NCBI GenBank assembly: GCA_965215155.1
Contig: CBDCCY010000002.1
Span: forward strand, 431,386-495,385
Reading direction: 5' to 3'
DNA length: 64,000 nucleotides
DNA from: Vicinamibacterales bacterium
GTDB lineage: Bacteria; Acidobacteriota; Vicinamibacteria; Vicinamibacterales; UBA8438
The notes below the pieces were generated by a model that was given only the letters and a program-made list of their open reading frames with translations, was not told where the DNA came from and searched no databases. Of the stretch, positions 1 through 8,567 are shown piece after piece (positions within the stretch are counted from its first letter, which is position 1; each line of letters begins with the position of its first letter). The position numbers and the translations under genes were made by a program.

Positions 1-1054
1 TGTGGCAGCGGCCTCGAGGGGTGAGCGCCCGCACGCGGGCTCGCACCTGCTTCATCGCACGCCGAGACGGCCAGCGGTGCAGGTAGTACACCCGTTGCCG
101 CTTGCGAGCCCAGATGGGTCCGCTCATGCGCTTGTGCAGATGACACCCCAGGAAATCGAAGCCCTCACGACCGTCCGTCAGGTCGACCACCCGCGTCTTC
201 TCCGGATGCAGTTCCAGCCCGAGCCGGGCCAGCACCAGACCCACGCGCTCTCGCGCCGCCTCGACCGACGACTTCGTGTCGCACATCACCACGAAGTCGT
301 CCGCGTAGCGCACCAGCGTACCGAGGTGCGCCCACCGGTCCTCCCAGACCCGGTCGAGCACGTGCAGGAAGATGTTCGACAACAGCGGCGAGATGACGCC
401 CCCCTGCGGAGTGCCCGCCAGGGTTCGATGCACCTGCCCGTCCTCCATCACCCCCGCCGCGAGCCACAGTCGCAGCAGCCGAAGGACACGCCGGTCCGAG
501 ACGCGCTGGCGCACCAGCGTCAGCAGCTTCTCGTGCTCGATGCTGCTGAAGTAGTCGCAGATGTCGGCATCCAGCACGTGGCTGCCCCCGCGCGCCCCGC
601 GGACGCGAAGGACCTCCAGCGCCTGCGTCGCGCTCCGCTTCGGTCGAAACCCATACGACGAATCGCGGAAATCCGCCTCGAAGATGGGGCCCAACACCAG
701 AGTCGCGGCCATCTGCGCCACCCGGTCGCGAACCGTCGGTATCCCGAGCGGTCGCCGTCGGCCATCAGCCTTGGGAATGTAGCGCCGCAGGACCAGCCGC
801 GGCCGATACGTCCCCACCCGCAACGCCGTGCCGAGTTCCGCGAGGAACTCATCGACACCACGCTGCTCAATCTCAGCCAGCGTCTCCCTGTCGACGCCGG
901 CCGAGCCACGATTCCGCTTGACGCGCCGCCACGCCTCCCGGAGGACGTCATCCCTCCAGATCCGGTCCATCAGGGCGTGGAAGCGCCGTTTCGGGGACCG
1001 CTTGGCCGCGGCCCACAGGCGTCGCTGCAATTGGCGCACTTTGTCGAGAGACAT
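1..1054 (-). CDS. Group II intron reverse transcriptase/maturase (partial; C-terminus off the left edge)
   Basis: This frame is absent from the supplied track because it has no stop in the window. My own translation from ATG (complement of 1054-1052) reads MSLDKVRQLQRRLWAAAKRSPKRRFHALMDRIWRDDVLREAWRRVKRNRGSAGVDRETL...RPLGIPTVRDRVAQMA...GTPQGGVISPLLSNIFL...RYADDFVVMCDTK...LELHPEKTRVVDL. The YADD catalytic motif sits at 307-296 in the same frame as the ATG. Confidence 0.9.
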   Translation of the reverse strand, partial: MSLDKVRQLQRRLWAAAKRSPKRRFHALMDRIWRDDVLREAWRRVKRNRGSAGVDRETLAEIEQRGVDEFLAELGTALRVGTYRPRLVLRRYIPKADGRRRPLGIPTVRDRVAQMAATLVLGPIFEADFRDSSYGFRPKRSATQALEVLRVRGARGGSHVLDADICDYFSSIEHEKLLTLVRQRVSDRRVLRLLRLWLAAGVMEDGQVHRTLAGTPQGGVISPLLSNIFLHVLDRVWEDRWAHLGTLVRYADDFVVMCDTKSSVEAARERVGLVLARLGLELHPEKTRVVDLTDGREGFDFLGCHLHKRMSGPIWARKRQRVYYLHRWPSRRAMKQVRARVRALTPRGRCH

Positions 1055-1624
1055 ACGCCCCCCGGGGGAGTTGGGTCCGGTCTCGCCGGCCATGCCCTCG
1101 CGCGTCCTTGCACCCGCGCCGTGCCCACCGCAGGGGCCCTTCCCTCCGGCCGCGTTCTGCTGCACGGCCCTCCGCAGTACTATGGCCCCCTCGGAATCCC
1201 GCTGCGCCGCGCCCGCTTTCACCTTCGGCTTATGCGAGCCGCGTTGCCCCGACCCGGGCCGCGCAGACGGGCCTCTCGTGTTCCGTCCCTCTCCGTGTCC
1301 GCGTGCTGCGCCCCCTACCCCGCCGAGACCTCCCGCACGTACGCCGCCGGACCGGGGCGCGGGAGACGTGGCCTTCACCGTGACATGAGCGGCTCGGCTC
1401 TCGGGTTGTGAATCTGTCGAGGCTGCAGGCTTCACTTCATGTTGCGGCCCGCGGACTTGCTCCCTCCGAAGAGGCTCTTGACACCCCGCTCGGGCCACGG
1501 CCGTCTCCGGTCGTGCCTGGGGTCCGCTACTCGGCGCTCCGGCGCTTACCGAGGCGGGACTTGCACCCGCTGGAGAAGAACAGCGTGACGCAGCCGGTCT
1601 CCCGTCCGCGTCGTCACGACACAC
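1..1624 (-). mobile_element. Group II intron, 5' part (ribozyme domains I-III plus the domain IV ORF); 3' end lies left of the window
   Basis: A minus-strand RT/maturase ORF is preceded by about 570 nt of non-coding, GC-rich, stem-rich sequence. The candidate intron 5' end GUGUG is the complement of 1624-1620. This fits the GUGYG consensus and the usual 0.55-0.6 kb spacing between intron start and IEP start. The boundary was not verified by EBS/IBS pairing. Confidence 0.7.
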
Positions 1625-1732
1625 CATGTCATCGATTCTACTCGTGGCCGGTCGTCGGGTTGCCGGTCCAGCCGGCTGGGTGTACTTTTGTAGTCCAGAT
1701 GTCGGCGCGCGAGTTGTAGAGGGAGAGTGCAA

Positions 1733-2050
1733 ATGGCCAGGACGGCGACGCGCCCCTGGGACGCGGTGGACTACCTCGAGACCGAGGAGGACATGGTCGC
1801 CTACATCGACGCCGCGCTGGATGATGGCGACCCCGCTCTCGTAGCTGCGGCGTTGGGTGACGTGGCCCGAGCCAAGGGCATGTCCAGTGTCGCGGCGGGC
1901 GCCGGGTTGGGCAGGGAGAGCCTCTACAAGGCGCTGTCCCGCGGCGGCAATCCGGAGTTTGCGACGGTCGTCAAGGTCATGCGGGCCCCGGGCCTTCGGC
2001 TCCGCGCGGCCAGCATCCGATCCTGCCGGTCGACTGGGACGCCGCCTTCC
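1733..2050 (+). CDS. Addiction-module antidote-type HTH protein (HI1420/TIGR02684-like), with no stop codon of its own; reads in frame into hsdM
   Basis: ARTATRPWDAVDYLETEEDMVAYIDAALDDGDPALVAAALGDVARAKGMSSVAAGAGLGRESLYKALSRGGNPEFATVVKVMRAPGLRL matches the family pattern from memory. ATG 1733 is preceded by GGGAGAG (1721-1727). The track ORF 1727..2524 continues without a stop into the HsdM N-terminus. Confidence 0.7.
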
Positions 2051-3561
2051 ATGAGCGACGCCGCGAACCGGATCGTCCAGAAGCTCTGGTCGTACTGCCA
2101 CGTGCTGCGCGACGACGGGCTCTCCTACCAGGACTACCTGGAGCAGCTCACCTTCCTGCTGTTCCTGAAGATGGCCGACGAGCGCGAGCGGCTGACCGGG
2201 GACCCGCAGCCGATTCCAGCCGGCTGCCGCTGGGAGAAGCTCGCGGCGCCGGCGATGGAGGGCGCCGAGCTGGAGCGGCACTACCGCGAGACGTTGCGCG
2301 TGCTCGGCACGCGGGGCGGGATGCTTGGGCTGATCTTCGAGAAGGCGCAGAACCGGATCCAGGATCCGGCCAAGCTGCGGCGGCTGATCGTCGAGCTGAT
2401 CGGCCGCGAGGACTGGTCGGCGATGGCGGCCGACGTGAAGGGGGACGCCTACGAGGGACTGCTGGAGAAGAACGCCCAGGACGTCAGGGGGGCGCCGGGC
2501 AGTACTTCACGCCGCGGGCGGTGATCCAGGCCATGGTCGACTGCGTGCAGCCGCGGCCCGGCGAGGTGGTCGTCGACCCGGCGTGCGGCACGGGCGGCTT
2601 CCTGCTCGCCGCGCACGAGTACCTCAAGGGCCACGCGGACCTCGACCGCGACCAGAAGAGGCACCTCCGCTTCGAGGCGCTGCGCGGCGTCGAGCTCGTG
2701 CCCAACGTCGCCCGGCTCTGCGGCATGAACCTCTTCCTGCACGGCATCGGCCCCGACGGCGGCGACCGGCGCGAGCCGCCGATCACGACCGACGACGCGC
2801 TGCGCGACACGCCGCGCGCGCTGGCGGACGTCGTCGTCACCAACCCGCCGTTCGGCAAGAAGTCGTCGATCACGGTCGTCAACGCGGAGGGAGAGACCGG
2901 CCGGCAGTCGCTGACCTACAACCGCCCCGACTTCTGGACCACGACGTCGAACAAGCAGCTCAACTTCGTGCAGCACGTCAAGTCGCTGCTCGCGATCCAC
3001 GGGCGCGCCGCGGTGGTCGTGCCGGACAACGTGCTGTTCGAGGGCGGGGCCGGCGAGACCGTGCGCCGCAACCTGCTGCGCGAATGCGACGTGCACACGC
3101 TGCTGCGCCTCCCGACCGGCATCTTCTACGCGCAGGGCGTGAAGGCGAACGTCCTGTTCTTCGACCGGCGGCCGGGCGCGAAGGAGCCGTGGACGCGGAC
3201 CGTCTGGGTCTACGACCTGCGCACGAACAAGCGCTTCACGCTGAAGACCCGGCGCATGACCCGCGCCGACCTCGACGAGTTCGTCTCCTGCTACCGGCCC
3301 GGCGCCCGCCACACGCGCAAGGCGACCTGGTCGGAGCGGACGCCCGACGGCCGCTGGCGGCCGTACTCGTACGACGAGATCGTCGGCCGCGACAAGGTGA
3401 GCCTCGATCTGTTCTGGCTCCGCGACGCGAGCCTGGAGGACTCCGCCGACCTGCCCGAGCCGCACGTGCTGGCTCGCGAGATCGCCGACGACCTCCGCTC
3501 GGCCCTCGACCAGATGGAAGGGATCCTGGCCGATCTGGAGCAGCGAACGCGGCAGAGTTGA
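2051..3561 (+). pseudogene. hsdM: Type I restriction-modification DNA methyltransferase subunit HsdM, interrupted by a -1 frameshift in a G6 run
   Basis: The N-terminal HsdM domain (MSDAANRIVQKLWSYCHVLRDDGLSYQDYLEQLTFLLFLKMADERE) starts at ATG 2051. The AdoMet motif VVDPACGTGGFL and catalytic NPPFG lie in the 2521..3561 frame. The frames join at GACGTCAGGGGGGCGCCGGGCAGTAC (G run 2487-2492). One extra base would give ...EKNAQDV(K/R)GGAGQYFTPRAVIQAMVD, the conserved HsdM sequence. No hsdS or hsdR is adjacent. Confidence 0.85.
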
Positions 3562-3686
3562 GTCCGTGTCCAGACTCGCGAGGGAACGGCGGGCGATCGG
3601 GCGGCGCCGATGGCTAGGCGGGGGCGGTGGAGATCGCTTCGGCGAACCGGCAGGATGTGCCGGCTGAGCGGCGCAACGGTCGGGCG

Positions 3687-4055
3687 TCACGGGCGGTCAA
3701 CGAGGCCGTGGCCCCGATCGCCGTCCGGCGCCGGGGCCGCGGGTGCGCGGCGCGGTTGCCGTTCGTCCTGCTGCGCGTGCCAGAGATCCCAGTTGGCCTG
3801 GAGATTCATCCAGAACATGGGCGTCGTGCCCAGCAATCGACCGAGCCGAAGGGCCGACCGGGCGGTAACGCCGCGCCTGCCGCGCACGAGCTCGTTGACC
3901 CGCGTGACCGGCAGGTTCATCCGCCGGGCCGCCTCGGACTGGCTCATCGGGATCTCTCGCAGAAACAGCTCGAGCAGGATGACGCCGGGATGCGTCGGCC
4001 GGCGACGTGTCGGCAGGCCGGTTGCCGGAATCTCGCTTGCCGCGTTCTTCGACAT
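3687..4055 (-). CDS. higA: HigA-family antitoxin (XRE-type HTH)
   Basis: HPGVILLELFLREIPMSQSEAARRMNLPVTRVNELVRGRRGVTARSALRLGRLLGTTPMFWMNLQANWDLW is the typical HigA/VapI HTH. It lies 19 nt downstream of higB on the same strand. Confidence 0.85.
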   Translation of the reverse strand: MSKNAASEIPATGLPTRRRPTHPGVILLELFLREIPMSQSEAARRMNLPVTRVNELVRGRRGVTARSALRLGRLLGTTPMFWMNLQANWDLWHAQQDERQPRRAPAAPAPDGDRGHGLVDRP

Positions 4056-4074
4056 GGGCAGGCCTCGTCAGGTT

Positions 4075-4365
4075 CTAGTGATAGCCCTCGCAACGGACGC
4101 CGTAGGCGTGGCCGTCGCGGAACCGGAAGGTGATCCGGTACTGCCGGTTCACCCGAATGCTGTAGACGCCTAGGCGGTCGCCCTTGAGCGCTTCAAGACG
4201 GTTGCTCGGCGGCGCAGCCAGGTCGCCGATCACGACGGCAGCGTCCAGGAGCTCCAGCTTCATGGCGACCGCAGGCCAGACAATCCGTGGAATCGAACGC
4301 GCCGCCTTCGTGTTCAGACCGTCCCACACGTCCCTGGTCGCCCGATCCCCCCAACTGCGAATCAC
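4075..4365 (-). CDS. higB: HigB-type toxin (plasmid maintenance system killer, RelE superfamily)
   Basis: (V/M)IRSWGDRATRDVWDG...LEALKGDRLGVYSIRVNRQYRITFRFRDGHAYGVRCEGYH matches the PF05015-like pattern. GTG start at 4365. The toxin-first gene order is typical of higBA. Confidence 0.85.
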   Translation of the reverse strand: MIRSWGDRATRDVWDGLNTKAARSIPRIVWPAVAMKLELLDAAVVIGDLAAPPSNRLEALKGDRLGVYSIRVNRQYRITFRFRDGHAYGVRCEGYH

Positions 4366-4370
4366 GTGTC

Positions 4371-4399
4371 AGCATACACACATGCACGGTAAGTGTGAA
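4371..4399 (-). promoter_or_regulatory. Candidate sigma-70 promoter for higBA giving a leaderless or near-leaderless mRNA
   Basis: The minus strand reads TTCACA-17 nt-TATGCT-5 nt-GTG(start). A CACGTG palindrome (4363-4368) overlaps the start codon and could be an operator half-site. Confidence 0.35.
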
Positions 4400-4452
4400 A
4401 CCCGGGCGCGACCCTTTCTCCGCTATAGTCAGGAAACGGAGGCTCCCGGAGG

Positions 4453-6267
4453 ATGGCCATGCCGACCGGATCCGGACGCTCGCGGCGGTCGTTCGTCAGG
4501 CAGCTCGGCGCCACGGCCGGGGCGGCGGCGTTCGCGCCCGCGGCGATGGCGGAAGTGGGCGTTCAGGCCCCGCCGCTGCCGGAGGAGACCCCGGCGTCGG
4601 TCCATCCGACCCTCAACCGCCGGGCCCGCGGATGGTTGCGCTTCCTCTGGGAGAAGGCGACGACGCCGGACGACTGGGGCGCGGACGGCATGCCCCACCC
4701 GTGGTGGGACCGCTACTCCAACCCGGTCGTCACGAGCTACGGGCGTTTCGACCTCCACAACTCCTCCTACGCGCTCCTGCTGATGGCCGACCAGACGCCG
4801 GCGTGGCGGGAGGTCTACACGCGGATCGCGGACGGGCTCGCCAGCCGCTACCCCACCTACTGGGGCGCCATCGACTGGCTGACGCAGATCGGCGACGACC
4901 CGCGGCGGGCCAACTATCCGCCGCAGGTCATGCAGGCGATCCCGGAGCGGTTGCGCGGGCGCTACAACCGGATCGGGTGGACGGCCAACGGGGTGGAGCC
5001 GTGGGGCCTCGCCCGCGACCCGATCGGCGCCGAGGGCAACCTCTTCTTCCGCGGCTGGTTCAACCTGCTGCTGGGCATCTACCGCTACGTCTCGGGCGAC
5101 GACAAGTACGAGCGCCCGTTCCCGGTGACCGGCTACGGGGACGAGGTGTTCGAGTGGGACCAGCACCGCATCGCCGCGCTGCTCGAGCGCCAGTACCGCG
5201 AGCGCCCGGAAGGGCCCCAATGCGAGAACACGAAGATCTGGTTCCCGTGCAACGCCGCGGCCGGGCTCGGCATGTACCTCTACGACCGCATCCACGGCCG
5301 CTCGACGCACCGGCCGGTAGAGGGATGGCTGGAGTACGCGCGCGAGAATTTCCTCGGCATCGGCAGCGACGGCCGGCTGGAGTGGGTCACCGCCTACTAC
5401 GACCCGATCGTCAACCACAAGTCGAACGGCGGCCCCGGCGCCGGCGTCGGCAACGCGTTCCTGCTCCTGCCGCAGGACCGTGAGCTGGCCACGCTCCTTT
5501 ACGAGTCGGCGGCCAACGCCCTCGGCTGGAACGATCCGCGGGTCGAGATCCGCGCCTCGCAGTCGGGGCTCGTGATGGCGCGCGAGTTCGGCGACCACAC
5601 CGCGGTGGCGCGCCTACGGGCGGCGGCCGAGCGGGAGTACGACCCCCGCTTCTTCGGCGACGACAACGAGATGTTCGGCTGGTGGTTCGGGCTCAACGAG
5701 GCCTTCCCGCGGGGCCAGCGCAGCGCCAGCATGATGGTGGCGGAGGTCGGCACCGGCGACGCCTGGAACCGCGCGTTCGAGGCGCCCCACCTCGACAAGT
5801 ACGAGGCGCCGACCGTCGAGGGAGTCGACTTCCCGGCCCTCGGCATCTACCAGGCCTGGAACGACACCGCGAGCGGCGCGCTGCACGTCGGCACTTACGC
5901 GGCGGCGCCCGCCCGGCGCGGGACGGAGACGCGCTGGCGGGTCACGAACCTGCCCGACAGCGGCGACGTCTTCATCCTGTGCGACGGCGCGCCGTTCCAG
6001 CGTTTCAGCGTCGACGGCCCCGACGCGATCCGCATCGACGGCACGGTGGACCTGCGGCACTTCCAGATCTTCACCGGCTATCGCGGACCCGGCACGAGGG
6101 CCGAGCAGGTCCGGCGCGAGCGGGCGGCCGGATCTGGGGGCGCGGCGGCGGCCGCGACGGCGGCTGCGGTCGACCGTCCCGAACCCGGGCGCCCGCCGGG
6201 AAGCCCTCGGGACGCCACCACCAGCTTCTCCGCGGACGGACCGACCTGTCCCTGCTGTCCGGCATAG
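4453..6267 (+). CDS. Tat-secreted linalool dehydratase/isomerase-like (alpha/alpha barrel) family protein
   Basis: Twin-arginine signal SRRSFVRQLGATAGAAAFAP. Segments GNLFFRGWFNLLLGIYRYVSGDDKYE and CENTKIWFPCNAAAGLGMYLYDRIHG resemble LDI of Castellaniella defragrans as I recall it ([52 protein letters not shown]). The SD GGAGG fits the second ATG (4459) better. Confidence 0.6.
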   Translation: MAMPTGSGRSRRSFVRQLGATAGAAAFAPAAMAEVGVQAPPLPEETPASVHPTLNRRARGWLRFLWEKATTPDDWGADGMPHPWWDRYSNPVVTSYGRFDLHNSSYALLLMADQTPAWREVYTRIADGLASRYPTYWGAIDWLTQIGDDPRRANYPPQVMQAIPERLRGRYNRIGWTANGVEPWGLARDPIGAEGNLFFRGWFNLLLGIYRYVSGDDKYERPFPVTGYGDEVFEWDQHRIAALLERQYRERPEGPQCENTKIWFPCNAAAGLGMYLYDRIHGRSTHRPVEGWLEYARENFLGIGSDGRLEWVTAYYDPIVNHKSNGGPGAGVGNAFLLLPQDRELATLLYESAANALGWNDPRVEIRASQSGLVMAREFGDHTAVARLRAAAEREYDPRFFGDDNEMFGWWFGLNEAFPRGQRSASMMVAEVGTGDAWNRAFEAPHLDKYEAPTVEGVDFPALGIYQAWNDTASGALHVGTYAAAPARRGTETRWRVTNLPDSGDVFILCDGAPFQRFSVDGPDAIRIDGTVDLRHFQIFTGYRGPGTRAEQVRRERAAGSGGAAAAATAAAVDRPEPGRPPGSPRDATTSFSADGPTCPCCPA

Positions 6268-6367
6268 CCGGTCTTGCGGGTCGGCCTCACCCGCTCGCGT
6301 CCGGACGGCAACACGGAGGTCCCCCGGCAACGCCTTGCGTGCAGGGCCGGGATTCCCGCGCCGAGCG

Positions 6368-7000
6368 TCAGGAACGTCGCGCCGGCGACATCGGGAGCGA
6401 CGCGAGCGATTCCGAGATCGAGGGGATGCGATCCGGGTCGAGCCACTCGCGCTGGACGAAGAAGCCGGACACGACGCTCGAATCGATCCGGGACGCTCCG
6501 GCCGCGTACTCCACCAGCAGCTCGCCGTCCGGCCGGTAGAAGCGGTGGGCCAGCGTCACAGGATCCAGGACCCAGTACTCGCCGACGCCGTGCTGCTCGT
6601 ACTCGGCGACCTTCGGCCCTACGTCCCGGTCCGCGGTACGTGGGCTCAGCACCTCCACGACGAGGTCCGGAGCCCCCTCGACATGGGTGTCCCGAATCTG
6701 GTGCCGCCGCTCCGCGCGGTAGAAGGCCAGGTCCGGCAGGAAGACGTTGCGGGAGCTCAACCGCACGGCCACCGACTCCCGGTAGAGGAAGCCGAGCCCG
6801 CGCCGGTCGATGTACGCCCGCAGGACGCCGTCGAGGAAGTTCAGCAGGTCCGCGTGGCGAAGGGAGACTGCCGCGTGCACGAACACTTCCCCGTCGATGA
6901 GGTCCGCGAACCGCTCCGGCGTGAGCCACTCGAGGAAGTCGCCGGCGGTGAGGAGCTCGCGTTCGAGATCGGCGGCGACCGACACGCGAGTCGGCATCAC
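6368..7000 (-). CDS. Uma2-family (DUF820) putative endonuclease
   Basis: The signature ...FLPDLAFY...APDLVVEVLSPRTADRDVGPKVAEYEQHGVGEYWVLDP is typical of Uma2/PD-(D/E)xK proteins. Confidence 0.8.
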   Translation of the reverse strand: MMPTRVSVAADLERELLTAGDFLEWLTPERFADLIDGEVFVHAAVSLRHADLLNFLDGVLRAYIDRRGLGFLYRESVAVRLSSRNVFLPDLAFYRAERRHQIRDTHVEGAPDLVVEVLSPRTADRDVGPKVAEYEQHGVGEYWVLDPVTLAHRFYRPDGELLVEYAAGASRIDSSVVSGFFVQREWLDPDRIPSISESLASLPMSPARRS

Positions 7001-7088
7001 GGCACTGTAGCACGCCGCGCACCAAGCTCTTGGCGGATCGGCGCGTGAGCGCGGGAGGCTGCCGTCCCGGCGCCGCCCCCGGACGCGG

Positions 7089-7985
7089 TCACGTCGCCGG
7101 CGGCGACCCCTGCACCTCGGCGAGGACGATGCGCTCGATCTCGCACACGCCCAGGGACCGCCCTCGCGGCGTCAGGCAGCGGGCGACGTGCTCGGAAGCC
7201 CCCACCTCCTCGCGGATGCGGAGCGAGAAGCCGGCGAGGAGGTCGGCGACGTCCCCCGGATGCAGGCCGCTCTTCCAGAGGGGATCGTCACCGCCGCAAC
7301 TGGAGTCCCACACCTCCGACAACTCGGGGAACGCCGAGCGGTCGTCGATGAAGCGCTGGAGCACGTAGCTGAACGCCAGCCGGCTTCCGGGCGCGCTGCG
7401 GCCCACGAATCGCAGCATGGCGTGAAGAGCCTCCCGCGATATGTACTGGCTGACGCCCTCGCACAGGAACAGCGTCCGCGTGGTCGGGTCGAAGCCGGCC
7501 GCCGACAGCTCCGTCGCGAGGTCCTGCGTCTCGAAGTCCAGCGGGACGAAGCGCACGTGGGAAGGAAGTCGGCCCAGGTGCCGCCGCAGGCGCGTCTTCT
7601 TCACGTCCTGCACCGACGGGTGATCGACCTCGAACACGCGGGCCTCCGCGGCGCCGGGGACGCGATAGGCTCGCGAGTCCAGCCCGGCGCCCAGGATGAC
7701 GACGGACCGCACGCCGTCGGCCAGCGCCTCTCGCAGCACGTCGTCCAGGTAGGCGAACCGACACAGGAGCACGCCCAGCACCCCGGGGGCCCGCCGCTCG
7801 GTGCGCCGGAAGGCCCACTCTCGAATCGGTCGCAGCGCGAACAGCGAGAGCAGGGTGCCCAGGAACCGACCGCACAGCGGCCGGGCGAGCGGGTCGTCGA
7901 AGAGTCTCCGATCGGGCTCGACGAAACGCTCGAGAGCCCTTACGACGGCGGTGCCGACGGCGGTCCGTTGCGCCTTGAACGCCAT
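7089..7985 (-). CDS. Class I SAM-dependent O-methyltransferase, leucine carboxyl methyltransferase (LCM/TIGR00027-like) family
   Basis: VVILGAGLDSRAYRV...VFEVDHPSVQDVK...FVPLDF...TLFLCEGVSQYISREA follows the family pattern. Confidence 0.8.
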   Translation of the reverse strand: MAFKAQRTAVGTAVVRALERFVEPDRRLFDDPLARPLCGRFLGTLLSLFALRPIREWAFRRTERRAPGVLGVLLCRFAYLDDVLREALADGVRSVVILGAGLDSRAYRVPGAAEARVFEVDHPSVQDVKKTRLRRHLGRLPSHVRFVPLDFETQDLATELSAAGFDPTTRTLFLCEGVSQYISREALHAMLRFVGRSAPGSRLAFSYVLQRFIDDRSAFPELSEVWDSSCGGDDPLWKSGLHPGDVADLLAGFSLRIREEVGASEHVARCLTPRGRSLGVCEIERIVLAEVQGSPPAT

Positions 7986-8048
7986 GTGCGGGCCGATCGC
8001 ATCCGCGGTCCGGGCCGGCTGCCCGGGACGGCCGGATGGGGAACCGAT

Positions 8049-8347
8049 TCAGCGCCCCGTCTCGGCCGGCTCGACCGTAAGCAGGTAGCCCGGCTTCGGG
8101 CCATGGAGAAACCGAGCCTCCATACCTATGGGCCGGTCGGCTTGCCCTTTCTTCGTTGCTCGTTCTCCCCAGGCCAGGGCCGCAGCGCGGGTGGTTCGGT
8201 TGCCTACTTGGAAGATATGTCCCTTCTCCCAACCGGGCTCCCGCTGGTGTTCCGCTTCACGGCGATCGATGTCACCGGTGATCCCAGGTGGACTATCTTG
8301 TTGCCCAACTTGAAGTGGTACTTGTACGCGGTTCTGCTCGTCGGCAT
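8049..8347 (-). pseudogene. Small GIY-YIG-like nuclease-domain gene with one frameshift in a G/C run
   Basis: Two minus frames join to give MPTSRTAYKYHFKLGNKIVHLG|ITGDIDRREAEHQREPGWEKGHIFQVGNRTTRAAALAWGE... This fits the pattern Y.Y...(10)...GIT.D..RR..EH of GIY-YIG/URI domains. The frames meet at CCTGGG (complement of 8283-8288), and one extra G restores a 99-aa ORF. Local GC is clearly below that of the flanks. Confidence 0.35.
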
Positions 8348-8567
8348 CTCGTTCGATGCTCAAGATGGTCGTCGGTCAACGACGCACAACATTGGGTCTG
8401 CCAAGTCCCTGAACGCATCAACTTCAGCCACCTTCTCGTCCGCGAGCAGCAGCACGATCAGCCTGTAGATGTCCGAGCCGCCCTCGCCGCGTCCTCGGGC
8501 GACGCGGGCCGCGGTCTCGGACCTGACGTCGAGAGCCCCGGCCCGCCGCCCGTGACCCGCCCGGCTG

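Noticed and set aside
2-1411. A 469-aa plus-strand ORF at the left edge
   Set aside because: It is antisense to the group II intron RT, whose minus-strand frame contains YADD and all RT blocks. The plus-strand product is Arg/Pro/His-rich nonsense.
1408-1719. A 103-aa plus-strand ORF as an intact toxin gene upstream of the antidote
   Set aside because: Most of it is antisense to intron domain I RNA. Only the last ~30 codons lie outside the intron and resemble a killer-protein C-terminus at best faintly. I kept it only as a remnant hypothesis.
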